Assembly: GCA_951406725.2 (NCBI GenBank)
Contig: OX597817.1
Span: 170,314,001 to 170,378,000, forward strand
Length of the DNA stretch: 64,000 nt
From: Octopus vulgaris
Taxonomy: Eukaryota
Reading direction: 5' to 3'
In this document: one piece after another, positions 51,754 through 64,000 of the stretch
How the letters are laid out: every line of letters starts with the position of its first letter
How positions within the stretch are numbered: position 1 is the first letter of the stretch
Notes under the pieces: model-generated
Database searches by the model: none
Seen by the model: only the letters and a program-made list of their open reading frames with translations
Told to the model about the DNA's origin: nothing
Made by a program: the position numbers and the translations under genes

Positions 51754-52792
51754 TCTTACATAGACACAAAGTCGCAGAATTTAAAGAATTTAATCATTTA
51801 AATCAACACCAATATTTGACTGGTATGCATTTTATTAATCTTTGAAAATTATTAAACCAAGTTAGCTACTGTGGAATTTAAACTCAGAACAAGAAAGGAA
51901 TACAACAAAATACCACAAATTATCATTTTGCATTATTCATTGTTCTCATAAACAGATAAAAAACAAGACAACAAACTATGACTATTTTATTCTTAGATTA
52001 AATGGATCTGTTCAATCTTTAGCTCAGATTTTCTAATTATTTTTTTTTTAACTAAGCAGTTTGAACCTTTGGATGCTGGTTGAATGTGTCATGTAGAACA
52101 TGGTTTACTCTTAGCGTTTTTGACAAAATTTTGTATTTTAGAAGTTATTTCGTGTTGAAGTTGTCGTATTTGGGTAATATCTCGGATATTAAAGTATAAT
52201 TATTATTGGGTTGTCAGATAAACTCGTTCATTTCCTTGTAATGTTATTTGAATTAACACAAAAATTATTTTTTTATCATAGTGGTATTTTTCTTACAGCT
52301 CTATTCTTCCTTTACATCTTTTGCTTATCATTTTTGCAATTTTAAATAATTTGAATAAATTTTACCTTATAGTAATTAAAATAAATAGGAAAAAAAAAAT
52401 CAATGGATTTTTCTGGCAATCCAATATCTTCTTAAATTCTTAGCTGGCTACAAGGGGGTGGTTGGGGAGGCTGTCCTCTCAACCAATGTGCTGCTGTGGG
52501 CCTGCTGGATTATATAGACTCTGGTGATGATGTTGTCCAATATAATTGCATTTGTGTGACTGATATTTCTCATTTATTCTGAGTTCTATGAAATATATCA
52601 GAAATGATGGAATTTACAAGAGCCCTCAATGAACATCTTTGGATAGACAAATGTTGCTGATGGTATCTAATTATTTTATAATATAATTTTTGTTTTTTTT
52701 ACTGGACTCATGGTTTCTTTGATACATTTCAAATTTGTCTTAAAGAAAATGATTCCTTTTTAAATTCTTTTCCTTTTTTTTCCTTTCTGCAG

Positions 52793-52858
52793 ATTGTACC
52801 AATCCGGGATTTGAATATCCTCAAAGAACCTAGAGGAATTATCAAACCTCTCCAATGG
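52793..52858 (+). CDS. Internal coding exon of a synaptophysin/synaptoporin-family (MARVEL) gene
   Basis: Long polypyrimidine tract ending ttctgcAG (52791-92), then 66 nt open in phase 0 (IVPIRDLNILKEPRGIIKPLQW), then GTAAGT donor at 52859. The peptide matches the synaptophysin pre-TM1 motif (human FRVVKEPLGFVKVLQW, recalled). No other exons were found in the window. Confidence 0.85.
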
Positions 52859-53405
52859 GTAAGTTATATTATTTGTATCTCTACTGATATGTAATGACTG
52901 GTAGACTTAGTCCCTCATTTAGTTTAACACCCCTATCAGGCACTTGAATTCCTTTTAGCAGAGTTCACCCTGTTATAAATATTTGGGTAAAGTCTCTGAT
53001 CTGAGGATTGGTTCCCTCCATACTCTGTCCCCCATTTATTGAGGCCCTGGAATAGATGCTAGCCCAACAAGCTTTAAAAGAATTCCCCCCAAAAAACTGT
53101 ACACAGAGAGACAAGCTGTAGTTATACCAGACTTCAAGAGGGGTGAAACAACATACATATGTGTGTCTGTGTAAATATTTTCAATCAATGCAGCACATTA
53201 AATATAGATTGGTTGCATGTTCTAATCTATTTGTGACCTAACCACAGATTAGATAACTGCAACTATGAGCATTTGAAATATAGATATGTATTTGTATTTT
53301 CTTTCAAATCCAATCAACTATCTTATGAAAGCTGATAATGAATTTTTTTGTTAATTTTATTTTCATTAAGTCATGATTCAGATTTTAATTTTACAAATTA
53401 CAAAG

Positions 53406-53825
53406 TCATCATCATTTAACATCCATTTTCCATGCTAGCATGGGTTGGACGGTTCGACCGGGATCTGGTAAGCTATGGAGGCTGCACCAGGCTCTAGTCT
53501 GATTTGGCAATGTTTCTACAGCTGGATGCCCTTCCTAACGCCAACCACTCCGTGAGTCTAGTGGGTGTTTTTTTACGTGCCACTGGCACAGGGGCCAGGG
53601 CAGGCTGGCAAACGGTCACGATAGGTTGATGCTTTCACATGTCACCGACACGGATGACAGTCAGGTGGCGCTGGCATCTGCCATGTTCGGACGGTGCTTT
53701 TTACGCGTCGCTGGCATGGGTGACTTAACTACAATTTCCATTTGATTTTTATTTTGATGTTGATGTACTTGGCTCAATAGGTCTCCTCAAGAAAAGCGGG
53801 TCACTCTACGATCCAAGGTTAGCAA
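53406..53825 (-). mobile_element. RTE 3'-end copy
   Basis: Reverse-complement homologue of 31085-31519. Confidence 0.8.
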
Positions 53826-54368
53826 GTAACCAAATAAAATATTTTATTGTAGTTGGTATGGCACTGAAGTATACATCTTGCGGGGTTTAATACGTGATGT
53901 TTTAGACGAGTCTGAATATGTTTTACCAGCTGTGTAGTACTGAAATATTTATGCATCTTTCATTGTAAAACATATATTCTGTGAAAATCAACACATTTAG
54001 CTGCTGTCATTTTATCCAAGGGGCGTTGTGTCTTTCACCCAAAGCTGTGGAAAACTGTAAAAGAAGCAGCTTTAGATACAAACCTCACATACGACAGGAA
54101 GAAAACAATAGCAGTTGTTACTTTTTTTTTATGTTCATTCTTTGACCCCTTTTGATAACTGAAAAAAAGGAAAAAATAAACAAATGTTGATATTTAAATT
54201 AAAACTTTCCATCATAATCTTATGTAAAACATTTTATTTTACTAAATCCTTCCAATTTCTTGTTTGACTACCCACAAAACTAATTGAAATACATAGGCAA
54301 AGTTTTTCAATAGAAAAGAGTAAATATATCTTTGTGTCTTGTATATTTTATCCCATAACAAAATAAAT

Positions 54369-54574
54369 GCATATTCTGTTGTGTCTGGGGAGAGTCATTT
54401 TCTTTTTGTGCCTTATTATGTAACACACTCACCGGTAAAATTTCCACTTATTTCTTATTTTTATTTTCATTTTCCTTATCCTTTATTTCTTATTTTTATT
54501 TTATTTACCGGTGAGTGTGTTACATTATAAGGCACAAAAAGAAAATGACTCTCCCCAGACACAACAGAATATGC
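54369..54574. repeat. ~70-bp-arm inverted repeat next to a CR1 tail
   Basis: GCATATTCTGTTGTGTCTGGGGAGAGTC...ACCGGTAAA and its reverse complement. Confidence 0.85.
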
Positions 54575-54649
54575 TTCAACACACGAACTCATATAAAGAA
54601 TCTTGCAAACCAAATCCACAAATGAAATAAAATAAATGCAGTTATAATA

Positions 54650-55170
54650 ATAATAATAATAATTGTGTACAGTGCTCAGGTGCACTACAACTCATCTAAA
54701 GTGTATATATGATCAGGTGTAGTTTCGGCGGATTTCGGAAAGCATGAGGGCCTTAAAGGATGCAGTGTCATGGCAGTCAACAACTGACGCAGGCAGTTTA
54801 TTCCATGCTTCAGCAACTCTGAGCGTGAAAAAATGTTTCCGAAAGTCATGGGAGCTGTGTTGTTTTCTGACTTTGTAGGCATGTCCACGTGTGTTAGACA
54901 CATGGAGATCAAAAAGGTGTTCAGTGTTGTTGTTGGTGAGGTGGTTAGGTGGTTATATGATCGCCATCGAGTTAATACTGAATGCAACATGCCCCTCAGT
55001 AATTTCAGAGACAGCTATTGCCGATGAACTAGCTCATGATGTCTTCAAAGTTAAATACCATAATTCTACAATGTGTTCTTATTGTGCAGAAATATTTATC
55101 AATTTTGCAATATTCTTAAAGTATAAAATGCGACCAGAGATCGTTGTTATCTCCCTTACATTTGAAAACT
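54650..55170 (-). mobile_element. CR1 LINE 3' fragment
   Basis: NTRGHAYK..RKHFFTLRVAEAWNKLP; (ATT)n tail. Confidence 0.85.
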
Positions 55171-55221
55171 TTCGTTATTTTCATTAATATTATTGGGTTG
55201 ACAAAATGACCGGTGGTATTC

Positions 55222-55500
55222 AGTTGGCAGAAACGTTAGCACGCCGGGCGAAATGCTTAGCGGTATTTCGTCTGCGTTACGTTGTGAGTTCAAATTCCGC
55301 CGAGATCGACTTTGCCTTTCATCCTTTCGGGGTCGATAAATTAAGTACCAGTTACGCACTGGGGGTCGATGCAATCGACTTAATACCTATGCTTGTCCTT
55401 GTTTGTCCCCTCTGTGTTTAGCCCCTTGTGGGCAATAAAGAAGTAGGTATTCAGTTACTGCTCTTGTTCTGTGTTCAAATCATGCCAAGGTCAATTTTGC
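55222..55500 (+). mobile_element. SINE family B inserted in an older copy
   Basis: GGTATTCAGTT duplicated at ~55215 and ~55446. Older monomers also occur at ~575-780, 19860-20075, 22060-22220, 44250-44460, 45372-45585, 51470-51680 and 62320-62490. Confidence 0.8.
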
Positions 55501-55649
55501 TCTTCCTCTCAAATTTCTGACTTCATGCTTATGTAAGAAATTATCTTCATCGTATCCAATAAAGAAAACAAACATATTACGGAGATGTACTTGCATAGCA
55601 AATGACCTGATCTGAGATCGTGTGCTGGAACGAAATCAATTGCAGTGTG

Positions 55650-55890
55650 GAAGGTGTTTCTAAGCCATTTAAGAAACACACAAAAACCGTTAGATTCACT
55701 TCAACATTCAAATTTAATTTGTCAAAATATTTTCGTCGCTTTGTGACCGCGACCTCTTCACTGACAGCATGGAGTCAGTGAACAGGTCGCGGTCTCAAAG
55801 TGAAGAAAATATTTTGACAAATTAAATCTAAATGTTGAAGTGAATCTAACGGCTTTTGTGTGTTTTTTTAAGGGCTTATAAACACCTTCT
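55650..55890. repeat. ~115-bp-arm palindrome of a Penelope-like terminal repeat
   Basis: Arms 55650-55765 and 55774-55889 with a ~8-nt spacer; third copy at 48484-49120. Confidence 0.75.
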
Positions 55891-56740
55891 AAAACAAAAA
55901 TATTATCAGTGAAAGATGTGTACTGCAAGTCAAGTAGCATTGCAATACAAGGCTGGCAATATTTAGTTCTGTCTCTTTATGTTCTGAGTTCTAATCATGC
56001 CTTTGGCTTGATGAAATGTACATAATTAAATGTGCTGACAAGGCCAGATTCATTAACAATATCCTTTCTCTACAGATTTGTAGCCTTGTGTTAAAGTTAG
56101 AAGGCTTCAGGTCCATTTCCTTTTCCTTGTCATGAGCCCTGCCATAGTTTCTCTAATCAGTGTTGTGTTACACTGATTATAAATTTGAGTTATGATACAC
56201 AGGTCATACCACTACAACCATTGTAATATGATTTCTTTTGAAGAAGACCTCTGTCTCTCAAATCTTAGAATTCATTTCATGGCACTTATTGTTCTGAATC
56301 TTGTGTTATCTAAGAATGGTTTTAGTGTAGCAGTTTTGGTTGTTTGTAATGACAGTAATGGTGTTTAATTGTTATGATGTGAATTGTGTAACTTCAGATT
56401 AATGTTCAGAGTAAGTTTTTCTGGTGTCTCGTTAGGACTAATGATGCACACAGATTTTGAATAAACAAATTGGTTTTCAGTTCATACCCAATGGTGATGT
56501 CTTAATATATGTTTTTGTAGCATTCTTGAACCTGTACATACTCATTTTCATAGCTTTACGTCTATTGTTTTTTTCCATGTTTCAATTGATAGGACAGATC
56601 TTTTGCAACGCAGTGTCTTGCCACATGTTGTGGCCCTTTCTCTCTTCCTTCATTAGGTTCAGTGTCCTGAGATCAACTTTCAGTTCTGTCCTAGTTTCAC
56701 TCCGTTTTCCTCTCACGCAAGTTCATACCAGTTCAATCTG

Positions 56741-57045
56741 GTGGAGGCACATGGATTAGTGGTTAGAGCACCGGTCTCGTGGTCGAGGGATTGCGGGTTC
56801 GAATCTCAGATCAGGTGATGTGTGTGTTTATGAGCGAAACACCTGAGCTCCACCTGGCTCCGGCAGAAGGTAATGGTGAACTTCTGCTGACTGTTTCGCC
56901 ACAACTTTCTCTCACTCTTTCCTCCTGCATCTTGCAGCTCACCTGCGACAGACCGGCGTCCTGTCCAGGTGGGGAACCTATACACCAAGGAAACCGGGAA
57001 ACCGGCCCTTATGGGCTAGGCGTGGCTCGAGAAGGAACAGACAAA
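56741..57045 (+). mobile_element. tRNA-derived SINE family C
   Basis: TGGATTAGTGG A box, GGTTCGAATCT B box; related head at 58921-59055 (-). Confidence 0.75.
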
Positions 57046-57467
57046 TAACAATACCAGTTCAATCAGCTGGTACTTCTTGTGCCTTTCATACATTACATGC
57101 ATTGTGTATCCATATCACATTGGTCTTCTCTCTTGCACACTAACGCTACATTTAATTCCTCTTGAATCCAGTTTCTCTCTTAGTTTATTTGTGCTTTGAT
57201 GTTGATGCACACGAACATTTTACATCCAACCTAGCCTGCCTGATCACTTCTTTTTAGCCTTAACACATCCTCTAGATGTATTGCTAATGTTTCATTGCCA
57301 TGCAGCATATCAAATATGCTCCATACAGAAGCACCACACAATCTGCCCTTCATTCAGAGACAGAATCCCATTGTTTCTAGCAGAGGAAACAGCTCTCTGG
57401 ATGTTTTCCATTCTGTTCTGTACTGATTTCTAGGCTTTTGTAACACCCCACTCCATTATTGATTACC

Positions 57468-57706
57468 GTACCTCGAGTATAATCTGCACTTTTTTCCTAA
57501 AATATAAAGGTCAATATCCCTAGTGCGTACTATATACGAGGTAAAAAAAAGGACGTTACCGTATACATTTTTACAAACCAAGGACATTATATAGACCTCC
57601 TTGACTCAAGTTAGAGAAAGGGGGCCGTATTATATACAAGGTTTAGGTTTTTCAGAAGTATAGCCCCCTAAAAAAAACCTGTGTATTATACTCAAGGATT
57701 TACAGT
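57468..57706. mobile_element. Tigger/pogo-like MITE
   Basis: TACCGTA..CTCGAGTATAA...TTATACTCAAGGATTTACAGTA imperfect TIRs. Confidence 0.55.
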
Positions 57707-57858
57707 ATATTGCTTAGGTGATAGAAGTTATCAACCACTTCTAGGAAGCCTCTGAGTGTTTGAAAGAATTCATTTTAAGGGTACTTTTACTGCTAAATAT
57801 TCTTGCATGTCCACAGTGTCCTTCTCTGTCGGCCTGTGTTTAATCCCATTTATAATTA

Positions 57859-58074
57859 ATATTGGATACACCATATACACATACATAGTTGATATTGGAT
57901 ACACCATATACACATACATAGTTGATATTGGATACACCATATACACATACATAGTTGATATTGGATACACCATATACACATACATAGTTGATATTGGATA
58001 CACCATATACACATACATAGTTGATATTGGATACACTATATACACATACATAGTTGATATTGGATACACCATAT
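57859..58074. repeat. 33-bp tandem repeat, ~6.5 copies
   Basis: ATATTGGATACACCATATACACATACATAGTTG, nearly perfect. Confidence 0.95.
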
Positions 58075-59082
58075 GCCATTCAAATATTCCTTTTCTACTT
58101 ATTAAGCACGGTCATTTTCAAATTGGTAGATGTCTCCTTTTCTGCTAAAACTTTTCTCTTTACTCGGTTCGTTCTAAGACCCCTGATTTTGGGCATTATT
58201 CTGGGTTTCACATTTATTCTCTGATTATTTTATAAATCCAACTATGTGAACAAGGATGTTGGCATACAGAAATTATCATTGACAGTTGCTGGAGAACTCT
58301 AGTGAACAGGAGGTGATTGAGAACTAAGTTCAGTTGTCTCCTGTTATTGAAGTAGTCTGCAATTAGGCCCCAAAGAAATGCTCCATTTATTTATTTATTT
58401 TTGTCATTAGTCAATCTTGGAGATTACTGTTTACAGTTGTGTTGGATATGACCAGCCTTGAAATTTTGCATCTGACAAGAAAATCAGACTTTCTAGTGGT
58501 GTTCTGGTTGTTAGGTGTCTGTTTGCTGCATATGCACACACACATACATGCATGTATGTGCTCATATATTTTCTTTCAATATTTGGCTCTTTCTTTCCCA
58601 CACAAAAACTGTGGGCTAACAGATCACCTAAGTTTTAACAGTGTCAGTGTGTTCAAACTGAGTCAAACTGTGTATCATCCACAGGACGGCTCAGTTATAA
58701 ATTGAAACAAAATGAAATCTAATTGTGTATATGTTGTCAGTAGTTGATCACCAAGCTTTGTCAGAATTGCCCAGCTCTATCAAGAGAGTAACTGCAATGA
58801 ATTCATGGTTGTGTAATCAATGATGGTGATAGTTATGGGGATCTGCAAAAGTAGTGCACCGAAGAAGTAGACTATAGTTTGTACTTTTAAATATGGAGTA
58901 GCTCTGTGGTAAGTAGTTTACCCCCCTGCCGGAGCCTCGTGGAGCTTTAGGTGTTATTTGCTCAATAAACACACACAACGCCCGGTCTGGGTATCGAAGC
59001 CGCGATCCTCCGACCGCGAGTCCGCTGCCCTAACCATTGGGCCATTGCACCTCCACTTGCTGATGCTGTTCTGTGCGAGATA

Positions 59083-59480
59083 TCTTTATATATAAAAGAC
59101 AGGTTGTGTGTCTGTCTCCTACGATTTAGATTCCTAACTACTCCCACATTTTGCAGTGCAGTGTAACCAAAACCGGGTATCTTATAGTCGTGATTCATAT
59201 CGAGCCCTTCTGGGTATTAGCACGTGTCTACGATGAGTCTACGATTTAAAAAAAAATTTACCATAATTTTTTTCCATTTTAATGCATTTTTTCGCTATTA
59301 TATAAGGGAAGTAACTCTCTAAAAATGTCTACGATTAGTCAACGATTTAAAAAAAAATTTACCATAATTTTTTCCCCATTTTTAATGCATTTTTTTGCTA
59401 CTTTTTGGCTATAACTCTCTAAAAATGCTTATATAGTTATCTCCCTTACAAACCCGAGCAACGCCGGGCGATACTGCTAG
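59083..59480 (+). mobile_element. Non-autonomous Helitron
   Basis: A|TCTTTATATATA...CCCGAGCAACGCCGGGCGATACTGCTAG|T; internal ~85-bp duplication. Confidence 0.85.
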
Positions 59481-59577
59481 TTAATGATAAAGAATTAAAA
59501 GTTTTGAATGGTGCAACAATGCACTATAATATAGACAACGGGCTATATACCTGTTGTAATTTAGCCATCCATAGTCT

Positions 59578-59616
59578 AATATGATATTTCGGAATAATAT
59601 TCCTTCTTCAGATATT
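59578..59616 (-). ncRNA. Minimal type I hammerhead ribozyme motif (Penelope-like terminal repeat)
   Basis: Minus strand reads AATAT-CTGAAGA-A-GGAAT(ATT)ATTCC-GAAA-TA-TC^-ATATT. Confidence 0.65.
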
Positions 59617-60044
59617 CTTAGATGGAGTCGCTGCTAGAATCGGTTCTTCCAACGGTTTTTCTTTCTTGTTTTGTGGAAGCGTCTCAGCAGTTGTCTCGCG
59701 ATGCTCCTTCCGGAATTCCTCATGAGAAGTGTGTGAGGTCGGTCATGTCTCAATCTTGTGTGTGCTGGTACATCCGTAGCGCTGCTTCTAAGTTACGTAA
59801 TTAAACGTGCAGCTTCCCCCCCTTTTTTTTAAACCTCTCTCTCTCTCTCTTTTATTTTGTTAGTTAATTCATAGCAGGTTGAACGGTAATCAAATAGCAT
59901 GGACAAATGGTTGGACAAGGGAAACAACCTTTATGGATTATTTGGCATTTACAAATGTGTCTACCAAAGTTATCTACCTTTACCCCCATTTCGATATTCT
60001 GTGCCTGTTTTACACTCGTTAATTACATTTACTAAGATCGTAAT

Positions 60045-61579
60045 CTCTTTACTCTTTTACTCTTTTACTTGTTTCAGTCATTTGACTGCGGCCATGCTGG
60101 AGCACCGCCTTTAGTCGAGCAAATCGACCCCGGAACTTATTCTTTGTAAGCCCAGTACTTATTCTATCGGTCTCTTTTGCCGAACCGCTAAGTGGCGGGG
60201 ACGTAAACACACCAGCATCGGTTGTCAAGCAATGCTAGGGGGACAAACACAGACACACAAACACACACACACACACATATACATACATATATACGACAGG
60301 CTTCTTTCAGTTTCCGTCTACCAAATCCACTCACAAGGCATTGGTCGGTCCGGGGCTATAGCAGAAGACACTTGCCCAAGATGCCACGCAGTGGGACTGA
60401 ACCCGCAACCATGTGGTTGGTTAGGAAGCTACTTACCACACATACATTTAAATACAATTTATAATGTCAGTTACTCTTTTATTTCAGATTGACATTATAT
60501 AAGGTTTAATTTTGAAATACCTCATAATAAGCAACTCAAGTTAGTCAAAATGATATTGTATTTCAATATATTTAAAGCAATTTCTTTCACAAGTGGTATA
60601 CTGTGTAAAATGGGGTGTTGTTAAGTTCATAAGTTTTTTTTTTACTAAACTGTTTAAAATCCTATGCATAGTGATGTACTCTCACGCGCATACACATGTA
60701 TATAGATATAGGCGCAGGAGTGGCTGTGTGGTAAGTAGCTTGTTTACCAACCACATGGTTCCGGGTTCAGTCCCACTGTGTGACACCTTGGGCAAGTGTC
60801 TTCTGCTATAACCTCGGACCGACCAAAGCCTTGTGAGTGGATTTGGTAGACGGAAACTGAAAGAAGCCCGTCGTATATATGTATATATATGTATGTGCGT
60901 GTATGCTTGTGTGTCTGTGTTTGTCCCCCTAGCATTGCTTGACAACCGATGCTGGTGTGTTTATGTCCCCGTCACTTAGCGGTTCGGCAAAAAAGAGACC
61001 GGTAGAATAAGTACTGGGCTTACAAAAGAATAAGTCCCGGGTCGAGTTGCTCGACTAAAGGCGGTGCACCAGCATGGCCGCAGTCAAAATGACTGAAACA
61101 AGTACAAAAAAAAAAAAGAGATATGTTTCAGTGTAAATACGAGAAGAACGTTAAAAACTCAGTGTAACCACATAACGAATCATCTTTCAATGTGTTTGTG
61201 TGGATATATGTACACACACACACACACACTGATTTTCACATACACACACGCACAGGAAGTAAATGACTATAATACCTAAACTTTCGTCATACATATCTAT
61301 ACATACAGTGCTAAATGAATAATCTTTTTGCTTACCTGAGCTGGGTCACTACCTTTGGAGGATAGGTGTTCCCACTCTAGGTTACTCTCTTTTACTTGTT
61401 TCAGTCATTTGACTGGGGCCATGCTGGAGCACCGCCTTTAGTCGAGTAAATCGATCCCTGGACTTATTCTTTGTAAGTCCAGTACTTATTCTATCGGTCT
61501 CTCTTGCCAAACCGCTAATTATGGGGACGTAAACACACCAGCATCTGTTGTCAAGCGATGTTGGGGGGAACTCACAAAT

Positions 61580-61634
<55 letters not shown>

Positions 61635-61810
61635 CATACATATATACGACGGGCTTCTTTCAGTTTCCGTCTACCAAATCTACTCACAAGGCTTTGGTCG
61701 ACCCGAGGCTATAGTAGATGCCACCTGCTCAAGGTGCCATGCAGTGGGACTGAACCTGGAACCATGTGGTTGGTAAGCAAGCTACTTACCACACAGCCAC
61801 TCCTATGCCT
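60045..61810. mobile_element. Three SINE family A copies: 60045-60442 (-), 60711-61120 (+), 61383-61810 (-)
   Basis: High mutual similarity, alternating orientation. Confidence 0.9.
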
Positions 61811-63553
61811 AGGTTGTTTTTTTCTTTGTCATGTGTTGTTGCTTTTAACTCTTTAGCATTCAGATTACTCTATTAAATGTAATACTTATTTATTTACGTT
61901 GTTTTGCATTAATCTCTCATTTTCTTGTAGCTTCAAGATTTCAATGATATGATTGTTTATCTTTAGAATGACATTGTAGGGTATGTGTGAGAGGCTAAAT
62001 CTAGTCAATTTAAATATAAAACAGGTAGAATATTTTCGCTCAGATATGGTAGGTTTAATTTGTGATTGCTACTTCTGTAACTTTGGTTTTTTTTTTCTTA
62101 GTATGGATGTCAGTGTTATGCAAACCCATTTTCACCTTTGGGAAGAAGTATGATCCATATCAGTCTGGTCTCTATTCCTTGACCTGTACAACATCAGAAG
62201 ACCTACGAGGAGCTTGCACTCTGCTTGCATAATTCTCAGAGTCATTGAGGTACACAAGCCACCACAAGCATAACAAAGGCTGGCCATTGTGATGAATTTT
62301 ACTTCTATGTTGTATATAAAAGTGGCAAGTTGGCAGAATTGTTAACACACCAGGCAAAATGCTTATGGTATTTCATCTGTCCTTACATTCTGGGTTCAAA
62401 TTCTGTCAAGACCAGCTTTGTCTCTCATCCTTTCAGGGTCAATAAAATAAGTACCAGTTGAGCACTGGGGTCGATGTAATTGACTTAACTACTCCTGGGT
62501 AAAAGTATATAAACTGAACCCATCTGTCGAGCCATGTGGCAGAGTAAGCTCATCAAACCAGTATGATCTAAAGCTCAAATTCATGGCTTCGACATCAACT
62601 GTGCCAGGTTCTCGGTGCCCAAACAGCTATGCCCTGTTGTCTCATTTCATGACAGAGGCAAAGGTGTTCACATGATCGTACATTTAAATCTGTATCTGTG
62701 TTGTGAGAAGAGAACAAGAACTTCAACTCTCTGGAATTCCCTCCTTAGAAACACTGAGCTGCAAATACTTTAGCTGAACGTATACCATGGCAACCTCACT
62801 AGATTGGGACTCTCCTCCTCTGACTCTCTTGTAAAGAGAAAATAAAAACAGAAGAAAGTAGATTGCTTAAAGAGTAGTTAATTTAGTGTTAATATAATGC
62901 AAAGGTCTTTAAAAGGTTAATAGTTATGTGGGAAAGGAACAACATGATTTAGTCTCTGACTATTATTGTAATTAATATACCAAATACAAGGGATAACTTC
63001 AGATGTGTTTCTCCATTATGATCTCTTCAGGAAAGCATAATCTTCACCATATTTTCTGAGGAAATGATGGGATTGTTATTAAATAAATATACAAGAATGT
63101 AAGCTGATTGGTGTAGAAAAGGAAAATAAGGTTTGAAAGTAAATTAATTGGAAACACAATCAGTATGCAAAAATGTTAATGGTAACGTATTTATTGTGTG
63201 TGTGTGTGTGTGTTTTCATCATTATTTAATGTCTGCTTTCTATGCTGGAATGTATTGGATGGTATGACGGAATCTGATGGGTCACACTAGGTCAGGCCCA
63301 GGGTCTACTTTGGTATGGCTTCTACAGCTGGATGCTCGTCCTTATGCCAACCACTTTACAAAGTGTCCTGGGTGTGTTTTTTAGTCCGTGTATGTGTGTG
63401 GCACCAGCACTAGTGATAATTGCCTTGTTAACTTACAAGACGAAGAGCCTACAGAAACCCCTATAACTTAGGGAGAGCGGACAGGTCTCAGCATGGCTGC
63501 TGCCCTGTGGACTGGGTTCAGGACTGAAACCAATACAAGAAAATTATATATAT

Positions 63554-63860
63554 GGAGGCGCAATGGCCCATTGGTTAGGGCAGCGGACTCGTGGTCGTAG
63601 GATCGCGGTTTCGATTCCCAGACCGGGCGTTGTGAGTGTTTATTGAGCGAAAACACCTAAAACCTCCACGACGCTCCGGCAGGGGGTGGTGATCCCTGCT
63701 GTACTCTTTCACCACTCTTTCTCCCACTCTATCTTCTGTTGGCCTGCTTGCTTAGCCAGCGGGGTGGCGTCATTCAAAGGCTAAAAGAATGCGAACGCAT
63801 TGTGACCAGCGATGTGTAAAAACATCTGATGGTCTGGTCGGTCACGTGATCATGTGATAT
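63554..63860 (+). mobile_element. tRNA-derived SINE family C variant
   Basis: GGAGGCGCAATGGCCC..GGTTTCGATTCC head shared with 58921-59055; tail differs from 56741. Confidence 0.75.
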
Positions 63861-64000
63861 ATATATATATATATATATATATGGGGCAATTCTATCGTAA
63901 CTGACACAACATTTACAAGAATTTTTTAATATTAAAAATGTTCTAGTATCTTACTCAAATTAACTGAAACGTAATGACCCATGAATATTTTAATTGCTGT

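Noticed and set aside
56741-56815. tRNA gene
   Set aside because: tRNA-like head continues into a SINE body; no proper acceptor stem or terminator
57756-58148. Repeat protein (IGYTIYTYIVD)n
   Set aside because: A 33-bp tandem repeat keeps frames open by chance; no splice or start support
62102-62180. Possible next exon after ttttcttAG
   Set aside because: Frames hit stops and lack the expected FAIFAFAT-like TM1 sequence

Overview
Eukaryotic, AT-rich, repeat-saturated DNA; the SINE, LINE and microsatellite content points to a coleoid cephalopod, probably Octopus (inference). The only host coding sequence I can support is one 66-nt phase-0 exon (52793-52858, +; IVPIRDLNILKEPRGIIKPLQW) matching the start of the synaptophysin/synaptoporin MARVEL domain, so most of the window is probably intronic. 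The rest is layered transposable elements. These are one open-frame RTE LINE (APE-RT with a PHD finger inside the RT, no AUG upstream of the endonuclease, and an in-frame splice acceptor), a mariner, a piggyBac deletion derivative, a Chapaev-like fossil and non-autonomous Helitrons. There are also hAT/Merlin/Tc1/piggyBac MITEs, CR1/RTE/Dong 3' fragments, Penelope-like remnants with minimal hammerhead motifs, at least three tRNA-derived SINE families and higher-order minisatellites. The most notable observations are a SINE whose 3' end is joined to a GGTATT(T)-like site at 7 of 8 junctions, mostly inside its own family's tRNA arm, which builds 184-bp tandem multimers, and the acceptor-dependent PHD-RTE LINE. 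Nearly all short ORFs in the supplied track are repeat artefacts.
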